Below are positions 35,981-45,509 of a DNA stretch of 64,000 nt, piece after piece. The position numbers were made by a program, and so were the translations under genes. Every line of letters begins with the position of its first letter. Position 1 is the first letter of the stretch. The notes under the pieces were generated by a model. That model was given only the letters and a program-made list of their open reading frames with translations, did not search any database and was not told the origin of the DNA. The DNA comes from a virus (taxonomy: Duplodnaviria > Caudoviricetes), in the IMG/VR virus record IMGVR_UViG_2855946969_000005, positions 35,286-99,285 of that record, one strand, 5' to 3'.

Positions 35981-36966
35981 GCAGCAGCCTTCGTGCTCGT
36001 GTCGGGGAACGGGGTGACGGTGCCGGCCGGGCGGATGCCCTCGGCGACCAGGATCGCGGCGGGCACCTTCGTGTCGGGGTGGTCGGGCGCCGGCGTATGC
36101 CGGGCGAGCGGCCAGTCCCCACACGTCGTCCGCCAGTGCCGCACGTAGTCGGTCCACTGGGCGGGGCTCAGCTTCGCCAGGAAGGCGCTCTGGGCGGGCG
36201 CGGCGCTGGGGGCCGGGCGCTTCTCGCGCTCGACCGCGGCTAGGATCTGCGGCGAGACGTTGGCCCATCGAAACAGGCGCCGCCCGCCGGCCGCAGCCGA
36301 CCGGCCTTCCGCCTCCACGACCGGCATGACGTGCCGCTCCAGATCGGCGCCGGCGGCCATGGCCTCGCGGATCGGGCGCATGTCGAGGGCCAGCCGGATC
36401 GGCCAATCCTTGTCGGCCGGCAGGCAGGCCAGCAGCTTCGCCCGGAGTTGGTCGTCGTTCAGCGTCGGCTTGGTCGGCAGGACAGGCTCTGCCTTGACCT
36501 CGGTCGGCCGGTCGGTCGGGCGCGCATCTTTGCGCGCGTCACCACCCGTAGGGTGGATAGGGTTAGGGTTAGGAGCTTTCGGTTTGCTATCCCGCGGGGA
36601 ACCCAATGGGTTATCCGCTTTGTTATCTGACAATGACTTAGGCCTGCCACCGCGCGTACCATTCTCGCGCGCGGCCTCAGCACGTTTGCTGACGTGAACC
36701 CGCTCTTTCGTGAGCCGCTTCTGTGACCAGACACCGTCCTCGATGGCCCAGAACTCGGCGATGACCGGTCGGATCTTGGACCAGGTGCGCGGGTCGACGC
36801 GGGCCCAGCGGGCGAGCTTCGCGTCGTCATCCGGGAGCGTGCAGCCGGGCGAGCGCCACGCCACCATGAGGAGCATTAGGTACGCGCCGGTCTGCTGCGC
36901 GTTCAGGTGCCCCGTGTCGGCGATGAAGGCGTCGGTGAAGAGGGGGAGGCTCGGGAATTGCCCCAT
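35977..36966 (-). CDS. Phage replication initiator (DUF1376/YdaU family)
   Basis: PSLPLFTDAFIADTGHL....GAYLMLLM..W; ARENG.RGGRP. Confidence 0.85.
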   Translation of the reverse strand: MGQFPSLPLFTDAFIADTGHLNAQQTGAYLMLLMVAWRSPGCTLPDDDAKLARWARVDPRTWSKIRPVIAEFWAIEDGVWSQKRLTKERVHVSKRAEAARENGTRGGRPKSLSDNKADNPLGSPRDSKPKAPNPNPIHPTGGDARKDARPTDRPTEVKAEPVLPTKPTLNDDQLRAKLLACLPADKDWPIRLALDMRPIREAMAAGADLERHVMPVVEAEGRSAAAGGRRLFRWANVSPQILAAVEREKRPAPSAAPAQSAFLAKLSPAQWTDYVRHWRTTCGDWPLARHTPAPDHPDTKVPAAILVAEGIRPAGTVTPFPDTSTKAAA

Positions 36967-36968
36967 GA

Positions 36969-37478
36969 TCAGCGCTCCCAGTAGCGGGCAACACACCAGT
37001 CCAGCGCCTCGCGGACGCATTTCGTGGGGTCGCGGTAGAGTTCGGATCCAGTGAAGCGCATGATGGTGTAGCCGGAGGCCTGAAGTGCTCGGTCACGAGA
37101 GCGGTCGCGTGCAGCCTGTTCTTTGGTGCGCTCGTGAAAGTCGTGCCCGTCACATTCGATGACGAGCCGAGCGCAAGGGTCGCTCGGCGCATCGTGGCGC
37201 TTGGCGAAGACCAGAAAGTCGACCGGCCAGTTCAAGACGCGGGCCTGCCGAGACAGAAAAAAGTCGTAGTCCTCGACAGGATCCTCCACGCCGGAATGCA
37301 TCCTCCCGCGGTAGCCCATGTAGTCAGGGTGTACCGCCAGGAAGGTGAGGAAGCCCGTAGCGAATAGCGCCTCGATTGGGCTCGCATACCCAGGCACACC
37401 ACTGTCATAGACGCCCTTTACATTGGCAGCGATGACGGCACCTAGATCCAGAGCAAGTTTGTCGATGCCGTATGTCAT
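36969..37478 (-). CDS. DUF559/Vsr-like endonuclease
   Basis: VDF...LVIECDGHDFHERTKEQAARDRSRDR.L...GY...RFTGSE. Confidence 0.85.
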   Translation of the reverse strand: MTYGIDKLALDLGAVIAANVKGVYDSGVPGYASPIEALFATGFLTFLAVHPDYMGYRGRMHSGVEDPVEDYDFFLSRQARVLNWPVDFLVFAKRHDAPSDPCARLVIECDGHDFHERTKEQAARDRSRDRALQASGYTIMRFTGSELYRDPTKCVREALDWCVARYWER

Positions 37479-38998
37479 CACGCCATCTCCGCCAGGATGT
37501 TGCAGGCGATGTTGCAGAAGCATTCGACGCGGATCTTCGGGCCCGAGCGCTGCTTCAGGATCCCGATCTCCAGCACGTTGCGGCGATCCATTAGGCGGAT
37601 CTCTTCCTCGTCCGTACGGTCGGCCTTGATTTCAAGGTAGTAGGCTTCGCGGAACAGCCCGAGGACGACGTCGGCGTCCTGTTCGATGGAGCCGGAATCG
37701 CGCAGGTCCGAGAGCTGCGGGCGCTTGTCCTCGCGGTTCTCCACCGCCCGGTTGAGCTGGCACAGCCCGACGACGGGAATGCCGAGTTCCTTGGCGAGTC
37801 CCTTCAGGCCGCCGGAGATCTCGGTCATCTCCTGCACGCGGTTGCCGGCGTAGCGGGCGGCGGGCTTCACGAGGCCCATGTGGTCGACGATGAGGGCCGA
37901 CATCGGCGTGCCGGCCCGTTCGGCACGCAGCTTCATCTGCCGGGCGCGGGCGGCGATCTGCGAGAGCGTGAGGTTCGGCTGTTGCTCGATCCAGATCGGG
38001 ACGGTGCGTGCGGTCGCCTCCGCCTCCGACAGCCGCCAGAGTGCTTCGTCCGAGAGATCGTGCGCCTGGGCGATCGCCCGGTAGCTGATCTCCTCCCGAG
38101 CTCGCGGATCGTAGGCCAGGGCCGCCAGAACGCGCTCGGTGAGTTCGATGTCGTCCATCTCGAGCGAGACGAAGCCGACTGGGCCGGTATGGCGCGCACT
38201 GGAAAGCGCGATGTGCAGCGCCGCCGCGGTCTTGCCCATGCCGGGCCGGCCCGCGAGCACGATGAACTGCGGGGCCCGCATGCCGAGCGTCACCTTGTCG
38301 AGGCTGGGCACGCCGTAGGGTGCACCGCGGACCTCGCCGGTGCGCCGGGTCTCGTCAATGCGGGCCAGCACCTTGGCGGCGCTCTGCGCGAGAGTGGAGC
38401 GGCGGACGTGCTCGGCGAGCCCGGCGCTGGCCACCTCGTCCAGACGGTCGATGATCTGGGCGGCGTAGGCGGTCGGGTTGTGCACCGAGCCGTCCGTCAT
38501 CCGGGCGGCGGCTTCCTGCGCCACTTCCAGGACGGTGCGCATCCGCGCGGCGTGCGCCACGGTGCGGGCGTAGTCGGCGGCGCCCGTGACGGAGGTCGCC
38601 TCGGCGGCGAGGCGCGCGAGATAGCGGCTGACGGTGACGCCGCCGAGATCCACGTCGCCGAGCATGGCGGTGAGGAGCTTCCAGTCGATCGCGTCGCCCG
38701 CGTCGCGGCGCGCGCACATCGTCTCGAAGATCTGGCGGTGCACGTCGTCGGCGAAGTCGGCCGCGACGACGTGATCCCGAGCCCGGTCCAGGGCATCCGG
38801 GTTGATCAGGATGGCGCCGAGGAGCGCCTGCTCCATCTCGATCGCCTTCGGGGGCGCGGGCTCGGCCGGGGCTGGCGCCTGGCTTGCCGTGAGCCACGTC
38901 GACGAAGCGGTAGGCGCAGTCGCCTCGGCGCCGTGCGGCGGGCGAGCGAGCGGCACGACGTTGTCGGCGAAGGACTCGCTCGGGGGGCGCTCGGTCAT
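37478..38998 (-). CDS. dnaB: Replicative DNA helicase, DnaB-like
   Basis: EQALLGAIL, AGRPGMGKT, SLEM, QLNR..E.R.DKRP.LSDLRDSGSIEQDAD. Confidence 0.93.
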   Translation of the reverse strand: MTERPPSESFADNVVPLARPPHGAEATAPTASSTWLTASQAPAPAEPAPPKAIEMEQALLGAILINPDALDRARDHVVAADFADDVHRQIFETMCARRDAGDAIDWKLLTAMLGDVDLGGVTVSRYLARLAAEATSVTGAADYARTVAHAARMRTVLEVAQEAAARMTDGSVHNPTAYAAQIIDRLDEVASAGLAEHVRRSTLAQSAAKVLARIDETRRTGEVRGAPYGVPSLDKVTLGMRAPQFIVLAGRPGMGKTAAALHIALSSARHTGPVGFVSLEMDDIELTERVLAALAYDPRAREEISYRAIAQAHDLSDEALWRLSEAEATARTVPIWIEQQPNLTLSQIAARARQMKLRAERAGTPMSALIVDHMGLVKPAARYAGNRVQEMTEISGGLKGLAKELGIPVVGLCQLNRAVENREDKRPQLSDLRDSGSIEQDADVVLGLFREAYYLEIKADRTDEEEIRLMDRRNVLEIGILKQRSGPKIRVECFCNIACNILAEMA

Positions 38999-39186
38999 CG
39001 CATCACCTCGCGGCGCTCGGCGGGATCGGGAATGAAGATCTGCAGGAAGGCGCGCCACGCACGGCTGGCGGCGAGCCCGTCTTCCAAGGCGAGCGTCTCG
39101 TCGGCGCGCTGCTTGGCGGCGACGTAGTTCTCCCAGGCCTCGGCCTGCCTCGCCTCGACGTGCGCCTTCAGGTCGACGACGCCCAT
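38995..39186 (-). CDS. Hypothetical protein
   Basis: Coupled to dnaB. Confidence 0.55.
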   Translation of the reverse strand: MGVVDLKAHVEARQAEAWENYVAAKQRADETLALEDGLAASRAWRAFLQIFIPDPAERREVMR

Positions 39187-39190
39187 CGCC

Positions 39191-39937
39191 CTACTCCGCC
39201 GCCATCAGGAGCGGCGCAGGCGCGTCGACCGCCGCTAGCGCGCCGGCATAGCGCGCCACATCGTCGGGCCGGGTGAGCGCCTCGCGGCGGCCGGGCGGGA
39301 TGTGGGTGAAGATCGTCTCGGCCGCGGGATCATGGTGCGTGAGCCAGACCACCCAAGCGTAGGCCGTGGCCGTCGAGGCGGCGGGATCCCAACGGCCCTT
39401 CACCATCGGTACGCGCTCGGCGAACTGAGCGACGATCCAGGGGCGGCGCTTGCTGAACAGGCGCTCGTACCGGCCTGTGCCTTCCAGCCAAGCCGAACGG
39501 ACCAGCATCGCGACGCCGACCGTGGCGTAGTCGAGCGCGGGGAGGGCGAACTCCTCCGCGAGGCGGAAGGGCGGGTTGGTGATGATCCAGTGCGGCGGAG
39601 AGACCTGAACCTGAGGCGGCCAGGACCACGGGAGCAGGAAGTCGACCTGCGCCGTCTGCCCGGCCCAGCCGTAGCCGTGCAGGTCGGTCGCGAGCACCCG
39701 TCCGAAGGATTCGGCGAGGGGGCCCGCCATGTGGCCGCCGCCGCAGGCCGGCTCCCAGGCCGTCTGACGGGAGAGCGACTCGGCAGCGCGCTCGCCGCCG
39801 CGCGCCGCGAGCATCTCGCACAGCGCCCGCGTCGCCCAGGGCGGCGTCGGGAAGTGGTCCGCTGAGTCCAGAGCCTCGCGCCGGGACGCCATCACGGCCG
39901 TGTGGCCGGTGGGGAGGGGGGTGGGGGCGGGGCTCAT
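39191..39937 (-). CDS. DNA N6-adenine methyltransferase, orphan
   Basis: FPTPPW, WEPACGGG, IITNPPF. Confidence 0.85.
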   Translation of the reverse strand: MSPAPTPLPTGHTAVMASRREALDSADHFPTPPWATRALCEMLAARGGERAAESLSRQTAWEPACGGGHMAGPLAESFGRVLATDLHGYGWAGQTAQVDFLLPWSWPPQVQVSPPHWIITNPPFRLAEEFALPALDYATVGVAMLVRSAWLEGTGRYERLFSKRRPWIVAQFAERVPMVKGRWDPAASTATAYAWVVWLTHHDPAAETIFTHIPPGRREALTRPDDVARYAGALAAVDAPAPLLMAAE

Positions 39938-40506
39938 GCGGCCACCCCGAGGTTGAGGCGGTGGTACGCGTCGAGGACGGCGCGGACCTGCACGCGCGCG
40001 TCAGCGAGGGCGTCGTGCTCGACATCGCCCTCACGGCGGTAGGCGTCGAGCTTCCCGATGCCGGCGAGATCGAACAGGGTGCGGGTGTCGCGCGCGTCGC
40101 GATGGCCCCACGGCGTATCGAGCTTGCAGGCGCGGTAGGCCTCGGCGAGGAGCACCGGATCGAAGGTCGCACCGTGGCCCCAGATGCGCCGATGGTGCGG
40201 GGCCCACTGCTCCAGCCAGAACCGGAATGTCTGCAGCGCGATCGGCAACTCGTCGGCCTGCTCCGGAAACGCGGCTTCCCGCGCAGCCGCGCCCTGGCGG
40301 GTCCACCACGCGACTGTGTCGGGATCGATGCGAAGGCCGTAGGCGACCGCGGAAGCCGGTCGGATCGCGCGGGAGAACGAGGATGTCACCTCGCCGGCCA
40401 ACGGATCGAAGGCCACAGCGCCGATGGTCAGGATCACCGAGCCCGGGGCCGTGCCCAGGGTCTCGAGGTCGAGCATGACGTGAGTGGTGAGGAAGGTGGA
40501 GGTCAT
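39934..40506 (-). CDS. DEDDh 3'-5' exonuclease (Rv2179c/ExoVIII-like)
   Basis: MLDLETLG, WG.G.TFD, RD.RT, HDALADA..Q. Confidence 0.88.
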   Translation of the reverse strand: MTSTFLTTHVMLDLETLGTAPGSVILTIGAVAFDPLAGEVTSSFSRAIRPASAVAYGLRIDPDTVAWWTRQGAAAREAAFPEQADELPIALQTFRFWLEQWAPHHRRIWGHGATFDPVLLAEAYRACKLDTPWGHRDARDTRTLFDLAGIGKLDAYRREGDVEHDALADARVQVRAVLDAYHRLNLGVAA

Positions 40507-40689
40507 GCTGCCTCTCGCAGGGTTCGCAGTGCGTCCGCACGCGCCAGGGTTTCGGCGAGTGCTTCCCGCCCCAAGGCGGACAGAGCGGCGTAGGCGTCCT
40601 CAAACTCGGCGAGGGCGCTGGAGCATTCCGGATCAGCAGCGCGCCAGAGAGCTGCGCGGTAGAACCGCTCCTTCGCGGCTTGCCGGACC

Positions 40690-41559
40690 TCAGTCTGTGC
40701 AGGCGCAGTCAAGGGACTCCTCCTCTTCGCTGAGGGTGAGGAGGTCGCCTTGGTCCTGCGACAGGCGCAGCATCTCGGCGTAGCTCGGCCGATCCTTGCG
40801 GAAGTAGGCGAAGTCGCCGGGGCGCTTCGTGCTCTCGAACCGGCGCTCTTGAGCGATCCACCACTCGGCGAGTTCGGGGCGCTCGCGCAGGATGCCGAGG
40901 ATCGTGCTCTGACCCTTCAGGAAGCAGAGATCGCAGTTGCCGAGCGGCGTCTTGCCGCCGACGTTCTGCAGGCGAAGGTCGAAGGGCTGGCGGGCCCAGA
41001 AGGCGGACACGTCGCGCTTCGTGACCCGCGCGTCGTAGAGCGGCATGACGGGCACACCGAAGCTCTTGCCGTCCTTTCCGCTCTCGTGCCGGCGGTGTTG
41101 CTTCTCGACCCGGCTCGGCTCGTCAAAGCGCAGGCCCTTCACGTCAGACCAAGTGGACCAGCCGGCGATCTCTCGGGCATAGGCCTGGAGCCGCTTGATC
41201 TTGCTGTCGATGGTGCAGAACCGCATGACCGGGTTCGCCAGCATCTTCCGCGTGGCGAGCACGGCCGCCAATGGCTCGCCGTCCCGGCAGGCCGAGTTGT
41301 GGTCGACGATCCGGGTGCGGTGCCCGGCCTCGGCGTCGAACTCCAGCCACACGATCCGCACGCCCCAGCGCTCCGAGCATTCCTGAACGAAGTCCAGGGT
41401 CTCGGGTATCTCCCGGCCGGTGTTGGCGAAGGCGACATGCACGTCCGCCGGCAGAGTGCCGCCGTGCGCCTGAAGGATGTTCCAGAGCATGAAGCCCGAG
41501 GTGCGGCCGCCCGAGAACGAGATGAGCGCCGGGCCGGTTATGAGGTACGGGCTGCTCAT
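40690..41559 (-). CDS. PAPS-reductase-like (PP-loop) protein
   Basis: SFSGGRTS, FANTGRE, RFCT...K, GNCDLCFLK, terminal CAC. Confidence 0.85.
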   Translation of the reverse strand: MSSPYLITGPALISFSGGRTSGFMLWNILQAHGGTLPADVHVAFANTGREIPETLDFVQECSERWGVRIVWLEFDAEAGHRTRIVDHNSACRDGEPLAAVLATRKMLANPVMRFCTIDSKIKRLQAYAREIAGWSTWSDVKGLRFDEPSRVEKQHRRHESGKDGKSFGVPVMPLYDARVTKRDVSAFWARQPFDLRLQNVGGKTPLGNCDLCFLKGQSTILGILRERPELAEWWIAQERRFESTKRPGDFAYFRKDRPSYAEMLRLSQDQGDLLTLSEEEESLDCACTD

Positions 41560-41954
41560 GCCGCGATCCTCTCGGGCGCGAACCGCCGCACCTGATCCCG
41601 CCCAGCATCGGTGAGCACGTACCGACCGCGTCCGATGGCCGTGACGATGCCGGAGAGGGAGAGCGTCTCCAGCCAGATCTGTCCGAGGTGGCTGGCCTTG
41701 GGGCCGGTGAGACCTTCCGTCAGGGCCATGCCGAGACGAATCGGGGCGACGGGACTGTGGAGGGCGCAGAAGGTGCGGAAGACCCGCTCCAGTTCGGTGC
41801 CGAGTGCCGGGCCGCTGGCGCGGGCGGTCTCGTCAGCCAGAGCGGCGAGCGCCTTCTCGACCTGGTCGCGCAGGTAGGCGCAGGGCGGGGCCCCGGGTGC
41901 CGACTGCTCCAGATCGGAGAGGAGCGTGCGGAGGATGGCGGCGGCGGGGATCAC
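41556..41954 (-). CDS. Hypothetical protein, C-terminal winged helix-like
   Basis: GRYVLTDAGR. Confidence 0.5.
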   Translation of the reverse strand: MIPAAAILRTLLSDLEQSAPGAPPCAYLRDQVEKALAALADETARASGPALGTELERVFRTFCALHSPVAPIRLGMALTEGLTGPKASHLGQIWLETLSLSGIVTAIGRGRYVLTDAGRDQVRRFAPERIAA

Positions 41955-42286
41955 GCGCGCGCCTCCGCGGTCTGAGCGGTGCGGGCGGCGAGGATGCGGG
42001 CGCGCTCGGCGACCGGCAGCCCCAAGCGGGTCAGCGCGACGCGCTCGGCGGCACTGTGGCCCTTCGGGTAGATGCGGCGGCGCTCGGCGCGGGCGGCGAC
42101 GTTGGCGCGCGTGGCCGCGTCGTGCTCGGGCATGCCCTGACACCACTTCACGACCGCCGGGTGCTTCACGTCCAGTGCCAGTGCGATGGCGGCGACGCGC
42201 TCGCCGGCGGCGCGACGTGCGCGCGCCTCGGCTTTCAGGTCGGCGTACGGGACGCCGGAGACGGGATGGAGCTTCTTCGTCGTCAC
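41951..42286 (-). CDS. HTH protein (paralog 1)
   Basis: HPVSGVPYADLKAEA...IALAL......VVKWC. Confidence 0.55.
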   Translation of the reverse strand: MTTKKLHPVSGVPYADLKAEARARRAAGERVAAIALALDVKHPAVVKWCQGMPEHDAATRANVAARAERRRIYPKGHSAAERVALTRLGLPVAERARILAARTAQTAEARA

Positions 42287-42615
42287 GGGCGGATCTCCGG
42301 GCGGGCCTCGGCCACGCGCTGCAGGAGGGCGATGCGCTCGGCGCGGTCGAATCCTTCGCGGGCGAGCTTGCGGCGCAGGGCGTCGTGGCCGGCCGGGTAG
42401 AAGCGGCGTTCGTCGGCCTTCAGCGCCCTGTTGAAGCGGCATGCCGCCGCGTGGTGGGGCGAGCGGCGCACCCACTTGCTGATTGTGCCGTGCCAGATGC
42501 TCAGGCGAGCGGCGATTTCCGGCGTACGCACGAACTGCGCGCGCAGCGCGAGCGCCTCGGCCCGCAGGTCTGCGTAGGAGCGCCCGGAGGCGGGGTGGAT
42601 CTCGTGGCGGGGCAT
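42283..42615 (-). CDS. HTH protein (paralog 2)
   Basis: HPASGRSYADLRAEA...IAARL......ISKWV. Confidence 0.55.
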   Translation of the reverse strand: MPRHEIHPASGRSYADLRAEALALRAQFVRTPEIAARLSIWHGTISKWVRRSPHHAAACRFNRALKADERRFYPAGHDALRRKLAREGFDRAERIALLQRVAEARPEIRP

Positions 42616-43055
42616 CAGGCGAGCGCCTCCCCGGCCTGAAGGGCGGAACGGATCTCGGTGGCGCGAGCGCGGCCCTTCGCTGTGACGCGCCAGCCCTCGC
42701 CCTCGACCTTCTCGACGTCGCCGAGCGCACCCAGGCGGTTCAGGAAGCCCGCACCGCGGGCGCAGCAGTTCTTCGTCGTGGTGCTGGCGGGCAGCACGGC
42801 CCGGCCGAGATCGCCGCTCGAGGCCACGCGACCGTCGAGGCGATCGACCAGCACGACGAGCGCCCGGTCGCTGATGGTGGGGGTCGGCGGCGCCTTCGGC
42901 AGCGGGCGCACGTCCGCGACCCGGATCGCCTTGCGCAGGAGCGTCTCGCTGTCGGCAAGCGTCAGGGTGACGGCGCCGTCCGTGAGGAGTCGGTCGAGGA
43001 GCGACTGCAGGCCGGTCTGGACCGTGCCGCGGTAGGTGTGGAGGGGCGCGTTCAT
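42615..43055 (-). CDS. Hypothetical protein, winged helix-like
   Basis: LNRL...GDVEK...GWRVTAKGR. Confidence 0.5.
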   Translation of the reverse strand: MNAPLHTYRGTVQTGLQSLLDRLLTDGAVTLTLADSETLLRKAIRVADVRPLPKAPPTPTISDRALVVLVDRLDGRVASSGDLGRAVLPASTTTKNCCARGAGFLNRLGALGDVEKVEGEGWRVTAKGRARATEIRSALQAGEALA

Positions 43056-43405
43056 GCGGCACCTCCCACCTGGGGCCGGATCACGCCCCACTGTTCGAGG
43101 AGCGCGATCGGGTCGTCCCGGCCGTAGGTGATCTCGCACGACACGCCGATGGCACGGCAGAGCGCCTGAACGTCGAGCTGTTCGACGCTGGGCCGGCCCG
43201 TGGCAGTCTTCAACTCGATCAGGCCGAAGCGCTGGTTGCCGCCGAGAACGAGGAGGTCCGGTACGCCGCGGGTGAGCCCGGCTTGGCCCATGGCGCCCGC
43301 GTTCGGGATCGCGGCCACCAAGGTGTTGGGCAGGCCGAGCGTGCGCCAGTGCTCCACGACAGCCGCCTGGATCTGTGTCTCGCGGGGGAGGCGATGGCGC
43401 ATCAT
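43052..43405 (-). CDS. VRR-NUC domain nuclease
   Basis: E..IQ, AIPN, GVPDL, IELKTATGR.S.EQ. Confidence 0.85.
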   Translation of the reverse strand: MMRHRLPRETQIQAAVVEHWRTLGLPNTLVAAIPNAGAMGQAGLTRGVPDLLVLGGNQRFGLIELKTATGRPSVEQLDVQALCRAIGVSCEITYGRDDPIALLEQWGVIRPQVGGAA

Positions 43406-44349
43406 GCCCGCGCCTCCCGAGCCGGCGGCCACGCTTCGGGCGCGAACGTTGAGACCAAGCGCACGTCGGCCCAGAGCGGCGGTGGCTTGTAGTCCGGGTG
43501 CGGCCGCGCCTCCTCAATGACGATGCGGAGGATCGCCTGCGGGTCGTTCATGGGGAGACGCAGCCGATCGCCCAGCACGACGGCGCGCTTCAGCCCCTCC
43601 ATCACCTGCCGGAGCAGGGACGGAGCGGCACCCCGCGTCACCTCGGTGAGGGCGTCGATCGCCTCGTCCCCGAAGTCGTAGGGCATGCCGTAGCGCTTCA
43701 GGATCGCGAAGCGCTCGTCCTCGCCCGGCAGGTCGACGGAGATCTGCAGGCCGAACCGACGCCAGAGCGCCTTGTCGAGCTTGTCGTGCCGATTGGTCGC
43801 CGCGATGAGCCGTCCGCCGAACCCCTCGATCCGCTGCAAGAGCGTGGTCAGGGCCGCGTTCATCTCGCGGGCGCAGGCTTGGTTGTCGTCGGTGCGCTCG
43901 GTGCCGATGGCGTCGATCTCGTCCATCAGGACGATGCAGGGGGCGCCGACCTTGGCGAGCCCGTCGAACAGCTCGGCGATGCGCCGGCCCGTGCCGCCCA
44001 GTGAACTCTCCACGAGTTGCTCGGCCTTCACGATGACGAGCGGGACGCCGAGGCGCGCTGCCAAATGGTGCGCGAGCGTCGTCTTTCCGGTGCCGGGCGG
44101 GCCGTAGAGGAGCGCGGTGGAGCGCGGCTTCACGCCGACCGCCCGCAGTTCCTCAGCGGCGTTGATCTCGTGCAGCCAGCCGAGGATGGCTGCCCGCACC
44201 ACCTCGCCTAGGATCGGCTCTTCGGCGTCCTTCGGCTCGCGGACGTCGACCAGGGTGCCGAGCTCGGTGCGCAGTTGCTGGGCCGCGCTGGCGGCCTCCG
44301 CAGTCTTGCTGCCGCGGCGGCGCAGGTCCGAGAGGTTGGTGGGCCTCAT
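43402..44349 (-). CDS. AAA+ ATPase
   Basis: GPPGTGKT, LMDEID, AATN, LD.ALWRRF. Confidence 0.9.
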   Translation of the reverse strand: MRPTNLSDLRRRGSKTAEAASAAQQLRTELGTLVDVREPKDAEEPILGEVVRAAILGWLHEINAAEELRAVGVKPRSTALLYGPPGTGKTTLAHHLAARLGVPLVIVKAEQLVESSLGGTGRRIAELFDGLAKVGAPCIVLMDEIDAIGTERTDDNQACAREMNAALTTLLQRIEGFGGRLIAATNRHDKLDKALWRRFGLQISVDLPGEDERFAILKRYGMPYDFGDEAIDALTEVTRGAAPSLLRQVMEGLKRAVVLGDRLRLPMNDPQAILRIVIEEARPHPDYKPPPLWADVRLVSTFAPEAWPPAREARA

Positions 44350-45002
44350 GCCTCACCTCCCTGCCCTGCGGACTCATCGGTCTTCTTCGGCTTGACCTTG
44401 CGCCGGAACGCCTCCGGGATCTCCATCCCGTCCGACCCCTTGCGCGCGCACCAGCCCTCGTCCCAGGCAGCACGGCGCGGGTCGCCGGCCGCGTAGGGGT
44501 TCGCGAAGATCTTGGTGCCGGCACCCGCCGCAGCGGAGCCAGCCTCACGTGCCTGGGAGATCTCCGCCTCGCCCATCAGGCCAGCCGGTGGATGGGGAGG
44601 CAGCGTGGGCTCGGCGCTGCCCTCTGCCCCGGCATCGACCCCAGTGGGCGGCTCGTCGTCGTCTTCCCGCTCTTCCGGCTCATCGAACCGACGGCGCGCG
44701 GCCTCACCAAGCGGCGTACCGTCGAGCATGCCCAGGCTAGCGAGGTAGACGTCGGCGATGCTCTCGGCGTCGATGCGCGCAGCCTTCTGATCCTCGGTCT
44801 CCCGCATGCGAGCGACGACGATCATCAGGGCCTTCTTGTCGATGCCCTGGGACGCGGCCTCGTTTTTGATGTCCTTGATGTCGGACGCGAGCACCTTGCG
44901 CTCTTCCTCCAAGTTGAGGACGCGCTGGGCGTAGGAGCGGATCTGCTCCGCGGTGCTGAAATTGGCAGGCGGTTGCGCTTTCGCGCGATTTGTGGAACCC
45001 AT
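44346..45002 (-). CDS. GapR/DUF2312 family DNA-binding protein with C-terminal extension
   Basis: QIRSY..RV..LEEE.K.L..DIKD...EA...G.D.K; C-terminal NPY...R.AWDEGW. Confidence 0.8.
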   Translation of the reverse strand: MGSTNRAKAQPPANFSTAEQIRSYAQRVLNLEEERKVLASDIKDIKNEAASQGIDKKALMIVVARMRETEDQKAARIDAESIADVYLASLGMLDGTPLGEAARRRFDEPEEREDDDEPPTGVDAGAEGSAEPTLPPHPPAGLMGEAEISQAREAGSAAAGAGTKIFANPYAAGDPRRAAWDEGWCARKGSDGMEIPEAFRRKVKPKKTDESAGQGGEA

Positions 45003-45095
45003 GGGTCAACTCCACGAAGTCAGAACGAGCGATTTTCACCGCCGCCCGGTCCCCGGCCGCCAAGCCACGGGGGATCGGGCGGTTCGCGTTTGTGG

Positions 45096-45509
45096 CTAGG
45101 CCGCGTCGCGCGCGGGCCAGCCGGAGGGGTGGTAGGCCCCGCCAGGGAGCTTCCGGCCGAGCGGCAAGCTCACCACGGTGTCGTCGGCGATCAGCGCGGC
45201 GCGGGCGGCGCTCGCTCGGCTCTCAGCCGCCTCTTCCTCGGCGGCGCGCACACGCAGCGCCATGACGCTGGCGAGCTGCGAGGCGAGGCTGTCGGCGTGG
45301 GTGAGCGCCTTCAGCACCTCCTGGCGCAGCGCGTATTCCGGCTGGTCCATGCTGCCGTGGCGACCGCGCAGCGGGGCGTTCACGGCGGCAAGCTCGTCCC
45401 GGACCCGGCTGAGCAGGTCGCGCAGGTCGAGACCGTCCGGGTTGGTGGAGGAGCGCAGAATGGCCTCGCGGGCCGGCGCGGCGCCGTCCGCGGGAGCAGT
45501 CTCGAACAT
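45096..45509 (-). CDS. Hypothetical helical protein
   Basis: GGAGGAG RBS; MFETAPADG...NPDGLDL.DLL. Confidence 0.55.
   Translation of the reverse strand: MFETAPADGAAPAREAILRSSTNPDGLDLRDLLSRVRDELAAVNAPLRGRHGSMDQPEYALRQEVLKALTHADSLASQLASVMALRVRAAEEEAAESRASAARAALIADDTVVSLPLGRKLPGGAYHPSGWPARDAA

Noticed and set aside
36551-36573. Telomere-like TTAGGG repeats
   Set aside because: Only about two units, encoding PNPNP on the minus strand within the initiator; no protelomerase or telomere palindrome was seen.
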